This document shows, in pieces, positions 11,143-21,558 of a stretch of DNA of 64,000 nucleotides. Below the pieces are notes generated by a model. That model did no database searches, was not told the origin of the DNA, and saw only the letters and a list, made by a program, of their open reading frames with translations. Source of the stretch: Planctomycetota bacterium (lineage in GTDB: Bacteria > Planctomycetota > UBA1135 > UBA2386); NCBI GenBank assembly GCA_046290465.1, contig JBKAGP010000001.1:2656001-2720000 (forward strand). The letters are read 5' to 3'. The position numbers and the translations under genes were made by a program. The stretch's first letter is position 1. Every line of letters starts with the position of its first letter.

Positions 11143-13107
11143 TCAGGCGCCGTACTTCTTGATCGCCGCGTCGAGCTTCGGCAGCACCGAGAAGATGTAG
11201 AGCGCGACCGCACCGGCGGCGGCGACGATCACCAGGAAGAACATCGACGGACTCATCGCGCCCTGCAGCACCCCGAGGAAGCCGGAGAACTTGTTGCCGA
11301 CAGCGGTCGCGAAGAACCAGCCCCCCATCGTCAGGCCGACGAAGCGCTTTGGCGACAGCTTGGTCACCAGCGACAGCGCCATCGGCGACAGGAACAGCTC
11401 ACCGACCGTGATGATCCCGTAGAAGCCCATCAGCCACATACCCGAGACCTTCATCTCGCCGTTGTTGCTGAGGAAGCCGGCGACCGCCATGAAGCCCGCG
11501 GCGAGCGCGGTGATGATCATGCCGAACAAGATCTTGCGGGCCGTCGAGAAGTCGACCTTCTTGCGCGCCAGGCGCGCGAAGAACAGCATCACGAACGGCG
11601 TCATCAGCACGACGAAGAACGCGTTCCACGACTGGTAGAGCTCGGCGTTCGCCAGCTTGGCGAACTCGCCCGGCGGGACCTCCTTGCTGCCGTCCTTGTA
11701 GAGCGAGTCGAACTTCTCCTTGGTGATCACGTAGGTGACGTAGTCGTCGTCGCCGTTCTCACGCACGAACGCGACCCGCTTGGTCATCTCCGCGCCATCG
11801 TCGACCTTGGCCGAGATCTGCGGCAGGCCATGGCTGTCGGTGCCCTCCTCGATCTCGACCTTCTCGAAGATGTCGACGCTGTATTTCTTCCAGGCCTCCT
11901 GCTCCTCGCTGAGGTCCTTGGTCGGCAGCACCTCGACGCGCACCCCGTCCGGCAGCCTGGTCGACAGGTCCGCCAGCGCCGCGGTGCTCATCTTCTTCTG
12001 CCCGAACATGGTCGCCTGCTCCTCGCTCGCGATGCCGAGCAGCGTCGCCTTGTTGGGCCGCGGCATGTCGTCGCGCGCGTTGTCGTAGTAGCCAGGCAGC
12101 GCATCCTGCGCGAACGGCGTCGAGCCGCCGACCTCGATCGAACCGGCGATCATCACGATCGGATCGGCCTGCTCGAGGTCCCGCGCGGTGTTGTCGTTGG
12201 CCCAGGTCGTCATCGCCGAGCCGTTGAGGTGCAGCACCATGAAGAACGTCCCGCCCGCCAGGTAGATCGGCAGCAGCGCCTTCAGGCCCGGCTTCTCCTC
12301 CTCGTGGGCATCGTTGGACAGCCGCGCGAAGAACAGCAGGATCGGGATCGAACCGATCAGGAAGCCGAAGTCGGTCGGCTTGACCAGCTTGGTGAGCGAG
12401 CCGGGCAGCACGTATTCGGCGACCACCCAACCGATCAGGCCGAAGCCGAGCGCCGGCCCGAGGATCTTCTGCAGGATCTCGGAGAACGGGGTGTCTCCCG
12501 GCTTGTCGCCCGGCTCGATGTCGGCCTTGTCGAGCACCTTCCAGCTCAGCAGCAGGATCGCCACCGAGATCAGCATGCCGATGCCTGCCGCGAGGAACAC
12601 CGCCTCCCAGAAGAAGGCGTTGCGCATGATCGCCGCGAGGAAGTTCGCGACGAACGCGCCGATGTTGATCCCCATGTAGAAGATGTTGAAGCCGGCGTCG
12701 CGCTTGGGGTCCCCCTTCTCGTAGAGGTTGCCGACCATCGCGGAGATGTTCGGCTTGAAGAAGCCGTTGCCGCAGCAGAGCATCACCAGGCCCGCCGGGA
12801 ACGCCCACGACTGGCCCGTCGACAGCATGAAGAAGCCGCCGGCGAACAGCAGTCCCCCGATCAGCACCGACTTGCGGTAGCCGAGGAACCGGTCGGCGAG
12901 CAGGCCGCCGACGTAGGGCGTGAAGTAGACGAAGGCGAGGTAGAGACCGTAGATCTCGTTGCCGACGTCCTTGGACCAGCCGAGACCACCGGTCTCGGAG
13001 TCGGTCGCGTAGAGCAGCAGGATGCCCACCATCGTGTAGAAGGCGAGGCGTTCCCACATCTCGATGAAGAAGAGCCGGAAGAGCCCTTTGGGGTGGCCGG
13101 TGAACAT
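11143..13107 (-). CDS. POT/PTR-family di/tripeptide:H+ symporter with a large soluble insertion
   Basis: EMWERLAFY (ExxER motif), GGLLADRFLG, GNGFFKPNIS, FYMGINIG, GELFLSP. About 180-aa hydrophilic insert in the C-terminal half. Confidence 0.92.
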   Translation of the reverse strand: MFTGHPKGLFRLFFIEMWERLAFYTMVGILLLYATDSETGGLGWSKDVGNEIYGLYLAFVYFTPYVGGLLADRFLGYRKSVLIGGLLFAGGFFMLSTGQSWAFPAGLVMLCCGNGFFKPNISAMVGNLYEKGDPKRDAGFNIFYMGINIGAFVANFLAAIMRNAFFWEAVFLAAGIGMLISVAILLLSWKVLDKADIEPGDKPGDTPFSEILQKILGPALGFGLIGWVVAEYVLPGSLTKLVKPTDFGFLIGSIPILLFFARLSNDAHEEEKPGLKALLPIYLAGGTFFMVLHLNGSAMTTWANDNTARDLEQADPIVMIAGSIEVGGSTPFAQDALPGYYDNARDDMPRPNKATLLGIASEEQATMFGQKKMSTAALADLSTRLPDGVRVEVLPTKDLSEEQEAWKKYSVDIFEKVEIEEGTDSHGLPQISAKVDDGAEMTKRVAFVRENGDDDYVTYVITKEKFDSLYKDGSKEVPPGEFAKLANAELYQSWNAFFVVLMTPFVMLFFARLARKKVDFSTARKILFGMIITALAAGFMAVAGFLSNNGEMKVSGMWLMGFYGIITVGELFLSPMALSLVTKLSPKRFVGLTMGGWFFATAVGNKFSGFLGVLQGAMSPSMFFLVIVAAAGAVALYIFSVLPKLDAAIKKYGA

Positions 13108-13157
13108 GGGGTAGCGAAGGGGAGTGAGGGGGAGAGACGAAAACGGCCGTCAGGCCT

Positions 13158-13220
13158 GGCGATCCGGCCCGAGCAATCGGGCCCGGGCGATCAGGCCCGG
13201 GCGATCAGGGCCGGGAGATC
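13158..13220. repeat. 4.5 degenerate 14-bp tandem repeats between the POT genes
   Basis: ggcgatccggcccg / agcaatcgggcccg / ggcgatcaggcccg / ggcgatcagggccg / ggagatc. Confidence 0.7.
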
Positions 13221-13260
13221 GAAGCCTGGAAGAGCGGGGGTTGGTTTCGGAGCGGTGCGA

Positions 13261-14874
13261 TCACTTCACGCCGTGCTGCCACTTCTTGAGCAGCGGCGCG
13301 GACAGCATCAGGGCCACACCTGCTCCGACCGCGATCCAGCACAGCATGTTGTATACGCCGAGGTAGGTGTCGAGCGTCTGCTTGGTGACGTCCGACTCGG
13401 GGCTGGCCATCAGCGTGTTGAGCTTGCTCAACATTTCCGCGTCGTCACCGGCCAGCTTGCTCACCTGCTCGGCGACATAGGCCTGGCCCTCGGCGGAGTC
13501 GATGGCGAGCTTCTCCTCCTCGAGCCCTTCGAACACCTTCAACGCGTTGGCGAACTCGGGCTTCGAACCGGCCAGGGCGTTGACGAAGCCGGCGATCTTG
13601 TGCCCCGCCGAGATCGACAGGAACCACGCCCCCATCACCATGCCGACGATCTTCTTCGGCGCCAGCTTGGTCACCGCGGACAGACCCACCGGCGACAGGC
13701 ACAGCTCGCCGGTCGTGTGCAGCAGGTAGCAGAGCACCAGGAAGATCAGCGGCACGATGCCGCCGACACCGAACGCCGCACCGAGCACCAGCACGCCGTA
13801 GCCGGCGCCGAGTTGGATCAGCGCCAGGCCGAACTTGCCGGGGATCGACGGATCGCGGCCCTTCTTACCGAGCGCGACCCAGAGCATCGAGAACACCGCA
13901 CCGAAGATCACGATGAACGCTGGGTTGAAGAACTGGCCCCAACTGGTCGGCATCGACCAACCGAAGATGTCGCGATCGACGTTGCGGTCGGTGAACAGCG
14001 TCAACGACGTGCCGGCCTGTTCGAAGAACGCCCAGAATAGCGCGTGGAAGCACCACAGGATCACCAGCAGGAACAGGCGCTCGCGCTCGATCTTGCCGCT
14101 CTTGAACGCGACCGCCAGGATCGAACCGATCGTCACGAAGATGCCGACGAGCAGCAGCCAGAACACCAGATCGCTGTTCTGCAACAGGAACCAGACGACC
14201 GGCGCGAGCAGGCCGATGCCGCCGATCACCATGACCATGCGCTTGGCCTGCTGCTCGGGAGCCGGTGGTTCGCCATGGCCTTCGAGTCGGGCCTTGCCCA
14301 GACCGAAGGTGATGATCCCGAGCAGCATGCCGATGCCAGCCAGGCCGAAGCCGTAGGTGTAGCCGTATTCCTCTCCGATCCAGCCACAGAGCAGCGTCGA
14401 CGTCAGCGCGCCGATGTTGATGCCCATGTAGAAGATCGTGAAGCCGGCGTCGCGTCGGGGGTCGCCCTCGGCATACAGCTGGCCGACCATCGAGGAGATG
14501 TTCGGCTTGAACAGACCGTTGCCGCAGATAATCAACGCCATGCCGGCGTAGACCGCGAACTCCTGTTCGACGAGCAGCGTGAACTCGCCGATCGCCATGA
14601 CGATGCCGCCGAGGATGATCGCCCAGCGATAGCCCAGCACGCGGTCGGCGATGATGCCGCCGATGATGGGGGTCAGGTAGACGAGGGCGTTGTAGCTCGC
14701 GTAGACGTTGCCGCCGTCCTCGTCCGTCATGCCAAGGAAGCCCTTGGTCAGGTACAGAACGAGCAAGGCCCGCATGCCGTAGAAGCAGAAGCGCTCCCAC
14801 ATCTCCGCGAAGAAGAGCATGTAGAGGCCGGGGGGATGGCCCTGACGGTCGGGCACGGCGCTGGCGTCGCTCAA
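13261..14874 (-). CDS. POT/PTR-family di/tripeptide:H+ symporter
   Basis: EMWERFCFYGM, GGIIADRVLG, GNGLFKPNIS, FYMGINIG, FEQAGTSL, GELCLSPVGLS. Confidence 0.94.
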   Translation of the reverse strand: MSDASAVPDRQGHPPGLYMLFFAEMWERFCFYGMRALLVLYLTKGFLGMTDEDGGNVYASYNALVYLTPIIGGIIADRVLGYRWAIILGGIVMAIGEFTLLVEQEFAVYAGMALIICGNGLFKPNISSMVGQLYAEGDPRRDAGFTIFYMGINIGALTSTLLCGWIGEEYGYTYGFGLAGIGMLLGIITFGLGKARLEGHGEPPAPEQQAKRMVMVIGGIGLLAPVVWFLLQNSDLVFWLLLVGIFVTIGSILAVAFKSGKIERERLFLLVILWCFHALFWAFFEQAGTSLTLFTDRNVDRDIFGWSMPTSWGQFFNPAFIVIFGAVFSMLWVALGKKGRDPSIPGKFGLALIQLGAGYGVLVLGAAFGVGGIVPLIFLVLCYLLHTTGELCLSPVGLSAVTKLAPKKIVGMVMGAWFLSISAGHKIAGFVNALAGSKPEFANALKVFEGLEEEKLAIDSAEGQAYVAEQVSKLAGDDAEMLSKLNTLMASPESDVTKQTLDTYLGVYNMLCWIAVGAGVALMLSAPLLKKWQHGVK

Positions 14875-15124
14875 GCGAGGTCTCCTGACAGAATAAGATT
14901 CGAGAGGGGCTGGGGAAGGCTACCCAGGCCGGCGCCCGGCTCCAGACCGAAGGCGATTACGGGACACCTGTCTCGTCTGCGAAGCGGGTTTGGGGGCGAT
15001 CGGGCCTTGCAAGCAAGCCCCGTGCCCGTTCGGCGGCCTTCGGGGCTCCGGCCTTGCCTGATTGCTGCGTGCCGCGCATCCTGTTCGCCCGCACGTTCCC
15101 TCGAACCCAAGCGAAGCACGAACC

Positions 15125-15847
15125 ATGGGCCGTCAGTGGCTGCAGAAGAACAAGTCGATCACGGCCAACAAGAAGGCCAAGATCACCACCAAGCTCGTCC
15201 GTGAGATCACGATCGCCGCCAAGATGGGCGCCGCCGATCCGGACATGAACCCGCGCCTGTCGATGGCGGTCGAGGCCGCGCGCAAGCAGTCGGTCAGCAA
15301 CGACACGATCAAGCGCGCGATCCAGAAGGGATCGGGCGAGGGCGGCGACTCGGCCGACTACGAGACGATCCTCTACGAGGGCATGGCGCCGCACAACGTG
15401 CCGGTGATCGTCGAGTGCATGACCGAGAACCGCAACCGCACCGGCAGCGACGTCAAGGCGCTGTTCCGCGGCGGCCAGTTCGGCAGCAAGGTGACGTTCA
15501 TGTTCGACCACATGGGCATCATCGACGCGACCCACGAGGACGCCGGCAAGGACGCCGAGGAGGCCGCGATCGAGTGCGGCGCGCAGGACGTCGTGGTGCC
15601 CGAGGGGGCTGCCGACGGGGCATCCGAAGACGAGGCCAACGCCCGCTTCCTGACCGAGGTCGCCGACCTCTACACCGTCGCCGATGCGCTGCGCGCCGCC
15701 GGCTGGTCGGTCGCCTCCGCCGACCTCGGCTACCACCCCAAGGACCCGATCGACCTCGACGGCGACGCGCTCGCCGAAGTCGAGGCCTTCCTCGAAAAGC
15801 TCGAGGACCACGACGACGTGCAAAAGCTCCACGTCGCCCTGAAGTAG
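15125..15847 (+). CDS. yebC: YebC/PmpR family protein
   Basis: ATG 15125 (MGRQW). KLVREITIAAK, DPDMNPRL, YEG, TENRNRT, LEDHDDVQKLH. Confidence 0.93.
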   Translation: MGRQWLQKNKSITANKKAKITTKLVREITIAAKMGAADPDMNPRLSMAVEAARKQSVSNDTIKRAIQKGSGEGGDSADYETILYEGMAPHNVPVIVECMTENRNRTGSDVKALFRGGQFGSKVTFMFDHMGIIDATHEDAGKDAEEAAIECGAQDVVVPEGAADGASEDEANARFLTEVADLYTVADALRAAGWSVASADLGYHPKDPIDLDGDALAEVEAFLEKLEDHDDVQKLHVALK

Positions 15848-15871
15848 CCGTACGGTACCTGGTTCATCCTC

Positions 15872-15905
15872 CAACTTCCGCGAGCGCTGCGCGTCGCGGA
15901 AGTTG
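15872..15905. terminator. Hairpin between convergent yebC and sulfatase genes
   Basis: caacttccgcga...tcgcggaagttg, 12-bp stem. Confidence 0.55.
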
Positions 15906-15923
15906 AGCCAGTGCAGTCGACGG

Positions 15924-18545
15924 CTACTTTACGGATTGGCGCCAGGTGGCGAGGGCGGTGCGCATGGCGGTGACGCGGGCGGGGTGGTCGGCGGCGAGGT
16001 CGTGGCGTTCGGCGAGGTCGGTGGCGAGATCGAACAGCAGTGCCTGGCCGTTCTGTTCGACCAGCTTCCAGCGGCCATCGCGCATCGCGCGGCCGAGCCA
16101 GAACAACTGGCGATCGCCGGCGCGCGGTTCGGAGTGCAGGCGCGGCACCAGGCTCTCGCCGTCGAACGGGCGCTCCGGGTCCGCTTCGAGGCCGGCCAAT
16201 TCGAACATCGTCGGCATCACGTCGAGGCTGCTGCAGAGCTGGTCGTTCTTCGAACCGCGCCGGATCGTGCCGGGCCACCACGCGATCGCCGGCACGCGGT
16301 GGCCGCCCTCCCACACCTGCCCCTTACCGCCGCGCAGCGGGTCGTTGCGCATGTGGCGCGCACCACCGTTGTCGCTGAAGAACAGCACCAGCGTGCGGCC
16401 GGCGATGCCGTTCTTGCGCACGGCGGCGAGGATGCGCGCCACGCTGTCGTCGAGCGACGCCATCATCGAACGAACGGTGTCGTCGCGCGCGCGGTCGCCG
16501 TTGGGCCTTCCGACCTTGTCCGGACCACGCACCGCACCGCTGTCCTTCGCCTGGATCGGCGCGTGCACGGCGCCGTGCGCGACGTAGAGACAGAACGGCT
16601 CGTCGCGGTGCCGCGCGATGAAGTCGACGGCGTCGGCGGTGATCATCTCGGTCAGGTAGCCCTCGCGCGCGACCCGCTGCTCGCCGCGATACCAGTCTGC
16701 CGTGCCCATCCGGTCCAGGTGGCTGTGGTAGTCGATGTTGCCGCTGACGAAGCCCTCGAACTCGTCGAAGCCGTGCCGCGTCGGGTTGTGCTGCGCCGCG
16801 TAGCCGAGGTGCCACTTGCCGAACAGCGCCGTCGCGTAGCCGGCATCCCGCAGCGCCTCGGCGAACGTCACCTCGTCGTCGCCGAGCCCGCGGTGGTGGT
16901 CGGGATGCGCCGGGTCGGCGTTGACGACGCCGGGGATGCCGCAGCGCTCCTGGTAGCGACCGGTGATCAGCCCCGCCCGTGTCGGGCTGCAGACGACGCC
17001 GCTCGAATGGAAGTCGGTGAACGTCATGCCCTCCTTGGCCATGCGCTCGAGCCCCGGCGTCTCGATCCAACCGCCGTAGACGCTCGAGTCGCCGTAGCCC
17101 ATGTCGTCGGCCATCACCACGATCACGTTGCTCGGGTTGGCGCGGGCCGCGTGCCGCAGAAGCCGCGCGACCACGTCCGGATGCTGCGCGTAGACGTTGT
17201 CGGTCTCGCCGGGATCCGCGGCCAGGTCGTAGAGCTGGCCGCGCGCCGGCCCGGTGTCGGCCTTGCGCGTGAAGCCACCCGAACCATGATGCGCGATCCA
17301 CTTCCAGTCACCCTCGCGAACGACCGTCGCGCCGTGCTTCAGCACGGTGACCGTTCGCCGCTGCTGCGGCTCCGTGCCGAGCAGCTGCGGGGCGAACGAG
17401 ATGCTGTCCTCGGCCGCGCCGTCGGGGACCTCGGCACCGGCGAGCTCCGCGCAGGTCGCCAACACGTCGGGAAAGCAGATCGTCTGCGCGCTGCGCGAAC
17501 CCGGCGCGATCCGGCCCGGCCAGCGCACCACGAACGGCACCCGGTGGCCACCTTCGAACGCGTCCCCCTTCATGCCGCGCCACGGCCCGGTCGACGCGTG
17601 CCCGTACCGCTCGACGTCCCGCGGATACCAGACCGGCCCGTTGTCGGACGAGAACATCACCACGGTGTCGTCGCCGATGCCGGCCGCGTCCAGCGCAGCA
17701 ACGACGCGGCCGACGGTCGCATCGACCTGCGCGACGAAGTCGCCGTACAGCCCCGCCTGCGTGGTGCCGCGAAACCGTTCGAGCGGCAGCCACGGCGTGT
17801 GCGGCGCCGGCAACGCCAGATACAGGAACAGCGGTCGCGCCGAACGCTGCCGACCGTGCCGTTCGACCACGCGCACCGCTTCGTCGGCCAACCGCGGCAG
17901 CACCTGCTGGTGATCGAAGCCTGGCGCCATGCCGCCCTCGCGCCAGAACGCGCCCTGGATCGGGCTCCAGCCGTCGCTGGCGCTCGCCGCGACGCGGCCG
18001 GTCGGAGCGGCCACCGCCGCGCGGTCGCGCACGTAGTAGTACGGCGGGATGTCCAGCGACATCGGGATGCCGAAGAACGTGTCGAAGCCGCGGTCGCACG
18101 GCCCGCCGCGCATGTCGGCGTGGTCGAGCCGGTCGGCGTCGTCGAAGCCGAGGTGCCACTTGCCGACCATCGCCGTGACGTAGCCTCGACCCTGCAGCAC
18201 CGACGCGACGGTCGCGGTGCCGGCCTCGATCACCGCCTCCCGCCCCGGCTGCATGCGACGCCGCCGGCATGCGTAGCGACCGGTCAACAGCCCGTAGCGC
18301 GACGGCACGCACACCGACCCGGTCGCGTGCGCATCGGAGAACCGCATGCCGTCGGCCGCCAGCCGATCGAGGTGCGGCGTCGCGATCTTCGCGTCCTCGC
18401 GGCCGAACGCCGGATCGCCCCACCCCATGTCGTCGGCCAGCACGAACACGATGTTCGGCGGGCGCGCCGCGTCCGGACGGCCATCGCCCTGGGCGATCAG
18501 GCAGCCAGCGGCGAGCAGGAGCACGGTTGGCAGCGAGGCGCGCAT
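15924..18545 (-). CDS. Secreted tandem two-domain formylglycine-dependent sulfatase (S1)
   Basis: ATG 18545 with a signal peptide. Two complete sulfatase modules: DDMG/CVPSR/GKWHLG/SDNG and DDMG/CSPTR/GKWHLG/SDNG. Confidence 0.93.
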   Translation of the reverse strand: MRASLPTVLLLAAGCLIAQGDGRPDAARPPNIVFVLADDMGWGDPAFGREDAKIATPHLDRLAADGMRFSDAHATGSVCVPSRYGLLTGRYACRRRRMQPGREAVIEAGTATVASVLQGRGYVTAMVGKWHLGFDDADRLDHADMRGGPCDRGFDTFFGIPMSLDIPPYYYVRDRAAVAAPTGRVAASASDGWSPIQGAFWREGGMAPGFDHQQVLPRLADEAVRVVERHGRQRSARPLFLYLALPAPHTPWLPLERFRGTTQAGLYGDFVAQVDATVGRVVAALDAAGIGDDTVVMFSSDNGPVWYPRDVERYGHASTGPWRGMKGDAFEGGHRVPFVVRWPGRIAPGSRSAQTICFPDVLATCAELAGAEVPDGAAEDSISFAPQLLGTEPQQRRTVTVLKHGATVVREGDWKWIAHHGSGGFTRKADTGPARGQLYDLAADPGETDNVYAQHPDVVARLLRHAARANPSNVIVVMADDMGYGDSSVYGGWIETPGLERMAKEGMTFTDFHSSGVVCSPTRAGLITGRYQERCGIPGVVNADPAHPDHHRGLGDDEVTFAEALRDAGYATALFGKWHLGYAAQHNPTRHGFDEFEGFVSGNIDYHSHLDRMGTADWYRGEQRVAREGYLTEMITADAVDFIARHRDEPFCLYVAHGAVHAPIQAKDSGAVRGPDKVGRPNGDRARDDTVRSMMASLDDSVARILAAVRKNGIAGRTLVLFFSDNGGARHMRNDPLRGGKGQVWEGGHRVPAIAWWPGTIRRGSKNDQLCSSLDVMPTMFELAGLEADPERPFDGESLVPRLHSEPRAGDRQLFWLGRAMRDGRWKLVEQNGQALLFDLATDLAERHDLAADHPARVTAMRTALATWRQSVK

Positions 18546-18574
18546 GCCGCAACGGTAGCGGCGCGCGCGGTCGC

Positions 18575-19204
18575 TCACACCGACGAGATCAGCAGCGGCA
18601 CGTTCTCTTCGCTGGCCCGCGAACAGGCTGCCGACAGCATCGCGTAGCCGCGCCGCGCCGCCTGCAAGAACGGCGCCCCCGCCGGTGCCGGCTGCCCCGC
18701 CCACGTTACGACCGCGTCCTGGTCGGCCTGGAACGTGCGCTGGTTGAGCCACTGCAGCTGGTCGGACAGCACCTTCAGCGAACCGATCTCGGCCGAGTCA
18801 CCGTCGGGCCGCGGCGCGCGCACGGTCACCGGAAACTCCCCGGGCAGCCACAGATCGCAGGCGAGGATCTGGCCGTAGAGCGACTTGCCGAACTTCTGGT
18901 CAGCGGCCTCGCGCCAGTCGCGGTCGAGCTCGAGCAGCTGCGGCACGGTGTCGGGCCACTCGAGATCGCTGCGCTCGGCGTAGAACGCGAACAGCCGCAG
19001 CGCCATCCAGCCCGACACGTCCAGGTCGAAGCGCGCGTCGCACCCGCTGGCCTCGTCCCACGACAGCTGCTCGCCGACCTTCTCGGCGACGCTGCTGCGC
19101 AGGTCCTCGCGCCACTGCTCGACGCCGCCGCGCAGCCGCGCGGCCTCCCGTTCGTCGCCGTTCGCGAACCATCGCGACAGCGGCCCTGCAAACGCCTCGA
19201 CCAA
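18575..19204 (-). CDS. Hypothetical protein
   Basis: Codon-biased 209-aa ORF abutting the DPP-IV stop. No family recognised. Confidence 0.7.
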   Translation of the reverse strand: MVEAFAGPLSRWFANGDEREAARLRGGVEQWREDLRSSVAEKVGEQLSWDEASGCDARFDLDVSGWMALRLFAFYAERSDLEWPDTVPQLLELDRDWREAADQKFGKSLYGQILACDLWLPGEFPVTVRAPRPDGDSAEIGSLKVLSDQLQWLNQRTFQADQDAVVTWAGQPAPAGAPFLQAARRGYAMLSAACSRASEENVPLLISSV

Positions 19205-21397
19205 CTACAGGTTCTCCTTCAGGAACTTCTCGAACCGCGTGAACAGGTGAACCTGCTGCTGCAGGTCGCCGATGCCGTGGCGAACGCGCGGGTAGACCAT
19301 GAAGTCGCAGTCCTTCTGCGCCTGCTGCATCGCGTGCAGGAACTGGAAGCTGTTCTGCATGTGCACGTTGTCGTCCATCGCGCCGGCGATCAGCATCAGC
19401 TTGCCGTGCAGGTCCTTGGCGGCGTTGGTGACGCTGCCCTTCTCGTAGCCCTCGGCGTTGTTCGACGGCAGGCCACCGTAGCGCTCGGTGTAGATCGTGT
19501 CGTAGAGCCGCCAGTCGGTGACCGGGTTGACCGCGACGCCGGCCGCCCACTTCTTGCTGTGGGTCAGGTTGTAGAGCGTCTGGTAGCCGCCGTAGCTCCA
19601 GCCCCAGATCGCGACGCGCTTCGGATCGGCGATGCCCTTCTCGACCAGCCAGTCGACGCCGTCCGACAGATCCTCCAGCTCGCTCTGGCCGAGTCGGCGC
19701 CAGCACGCCTTCGCGAACTTGCGCCCCTTGCCGCTCGCCGAACGGTTGTCGCAGCAGAACACCACGTAGCCCTTCTGCGCGAGCAGGTTGTGCCACAGGA
19801 AGTCGCGGCTGCCCCAGCGGTCGCGCACGCGCGGCGCGTGCGGCCCCGAGTAGGTGAACTGCACGACCGGGTAGCGCTTGTCGGCGTCGAAGTCCCTCGG
19901 CTTGATCAGCATCGCCTCCATCGGAAAGCCGTCGCGCGTCTCCACCTGAACGAACTCCGGGAACTGCAGGCCGAACGGCCGCATCAACTTCGTGTTCGGC
20001 TGCGCGATCGCGCGCACCTCGTTGTCCTCGAGGTCGCGCAGCGACACGCGCTCCGGCGTCTCGGCATCGCTCCAGTGCGTGACGAACGTCTTGTGGTCGG
20101 GCGCCATGTCGACGTCGTGCGTGCCGCGCCCCTTGGTGATGCGCTGCATCTCGCCGCCGGCCAGCGGCACGCGGTAGAGGTGCGTCTCGACCTTCGAGTC
20201 CTTGTCGGACAGCACGTAGGCGCAGCCGGCCTCCTCGTCGACCGCCACCAGCTCCTTGGCCTGCCAGTCCCCCTCGGTCAGGCGCCCCTGCGCCTTGCCG
20301 GAGCGCGCGAAGCGGTAGACGTGCTGGTAGCCGTCACGTTCGCTGAGCCACAAGAACGACGCGCCGCCCTCGATCCAGACCGGCTCGGGACCGGCCTCGA
20401 CCCAGCAGTCGCTGGTCTCCCGCCAGACCAGCCGCGAGGTGCCGCTGGCGACATCGCCGGCGCGCATGTCGAGCCAGGTCTGTTCGCGGTTCTGCACCTG
20501 GAAGAACACCTCCGAACTGTCCGGCGTCCACGTCACGCGCACGACCAGCCGGTCCTCCTCGGGATAGTCCGACACGTCGAACCAGCTGGTCTCCCCGCTC
20601 GCGACGTCGATCGCGCCGATCTCGACGATCGGGTTCGGCTCGCCGACCTTCGGGTAGTTGGTGCGCTCGACCTTCGGCCGCGCCGGCACGTCGCTGACCA
20701 GCACGAACTCCTCGACCGGCGACTCGTCGAGCTTCAGCAGCGCGATCCGCTTGCTGTCCGGCGACCACCAGTAGCCCTGGAAGTTGCCGCGCCCGTACAG
20801 CTCCTCCTGGTAGACCCAGTCGAGCCGGCCGTAGAACAGGTCGCCGTGGCCCTCGGTGGTCAGCGCGCGCACGTCGCCGCCGGCGAACGGCACCACGTGC
20901 AGGTTGTAGTCGGCGATGAACGCGACGCTCTTGCCGTCCGGCGAGAACCGCACGCCGACCTCTTCGCTGTCGGGCGTGTCGGTCAACCGGACCAGCGTGC
21001 CGGTGATGCTGCCGGCGAACAGGTCGCCGCCGACGTTGACGACGAAGCCGTCGCGGCTGTCCATCCACGTCCAGGTGCCTTCGTCCTGCAGCGCCGGCAG
21101 GTGTTCCCTGCCGCCGAGCAGCGCGGCGAGCTTGTCGGCCACCTCCTCGGTCCTGAGGAACCAGTCCCGCCTGCCGGTCCGCGACGTCACGCACCACCAC
21201 TGCTTGGGACCATTGCCGCGCCCGGCGCCGGCGTCGAACACGAAGTAGTGGTCGCCGTCGAGCCAGTCGAGCGGCTCCTCGGCCCCATTGGTCATCGAGA
21301 ACTCGAGCCAGAACATGTCGATCGGCTGCAGCGGCCGCTGCGCCGCCGCGATCGACGCCAGGCCACCGGCGACCAGCGAAAGGAGTGCAAGCTTCAT
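19205..21397 (-). CDS. Dipeptidyl-peptidase IV (S9B)
   Basis: Signal peptide, DWVYQEE, propeller WSPD repeats, GWSYGG nucleophile, DDNVH, terminal His in RHG. Confidence 0.95.
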   Translation of the reverse strand: MKLALLSLVAGGLASIAAAQRPLQPIDMFWLEFSMTNGAEEPLDWLDGDHYFVFDAGAGRGNGPKQWWCVTSRTGRRDWFLRTEEVADKLAALLGGREHLPALQDEGTWTWMDSRDGFVVNVGGDLFAGSITGTLVRLTDTPDSEEVGVRFSPDGKSVAFIADYNLHVVPFAGGDVRALTTEGHGDLFYGRLDWVYQEELYGRGNFQGYWWSPDSKRIALLKLDESPVEEFVLVSDVPARPKVERTNYPKVGEPNPIVEIGAIDVASGETSWFDVSDYPEEDRLVVRVTWTPDSSEVFFQVQNREQTWLDMRAGDVASGTSRLVWRETSDCWVEAGPEPVWIEGGASFLWLSERDGYQHVYRFARSGKAQGRLTEGDWQAKELVAVDEEAGCAYVLSDKDSKVETHLYRVPLAGGEMQRITKGRGTHDVDMAPDHKTFVTHWSDAETPERVSLRDLEDNEVRAIAQPNTKLMRPFGLQFPEFVQVETRDGFPMEAMLIKPRDFDADKRYPVVQFTYSGPHAPRVRDRWGSRDFLWHNLLAQKGYVVFCCDNRSASGKGRKFAKACWRRLGQSELEDLSDGVDWLVEKGIADPKRVAIWGWSYGGYQTLYNLTHSKKWAAGVAVNPVTDWRLYDTIYTERYGGLPSNNAEGYEKGSVTNAAKDLHGKLMLIAGAMDDNVHMQNSFQFLHAMQQAQKDCDFMVYPRVRHGIGDLQQQVHLFTRFEKFLKENL

Positions 21398-21558
21398 CGC
21401 TCGCATCCTATCCCCGCGTCGGAGCGTTCCGCACGCGGTAGATCCTCCCGGCTACGGGGCGGTGCGTTGCCGCATGCGCACGCCGATCCAGCGATCGGCC
21501 GGCTCATCCGCCATTCCAGAACCGGGCCGCGCGCCCCCGGCCATGCTCACCCGGCAGG

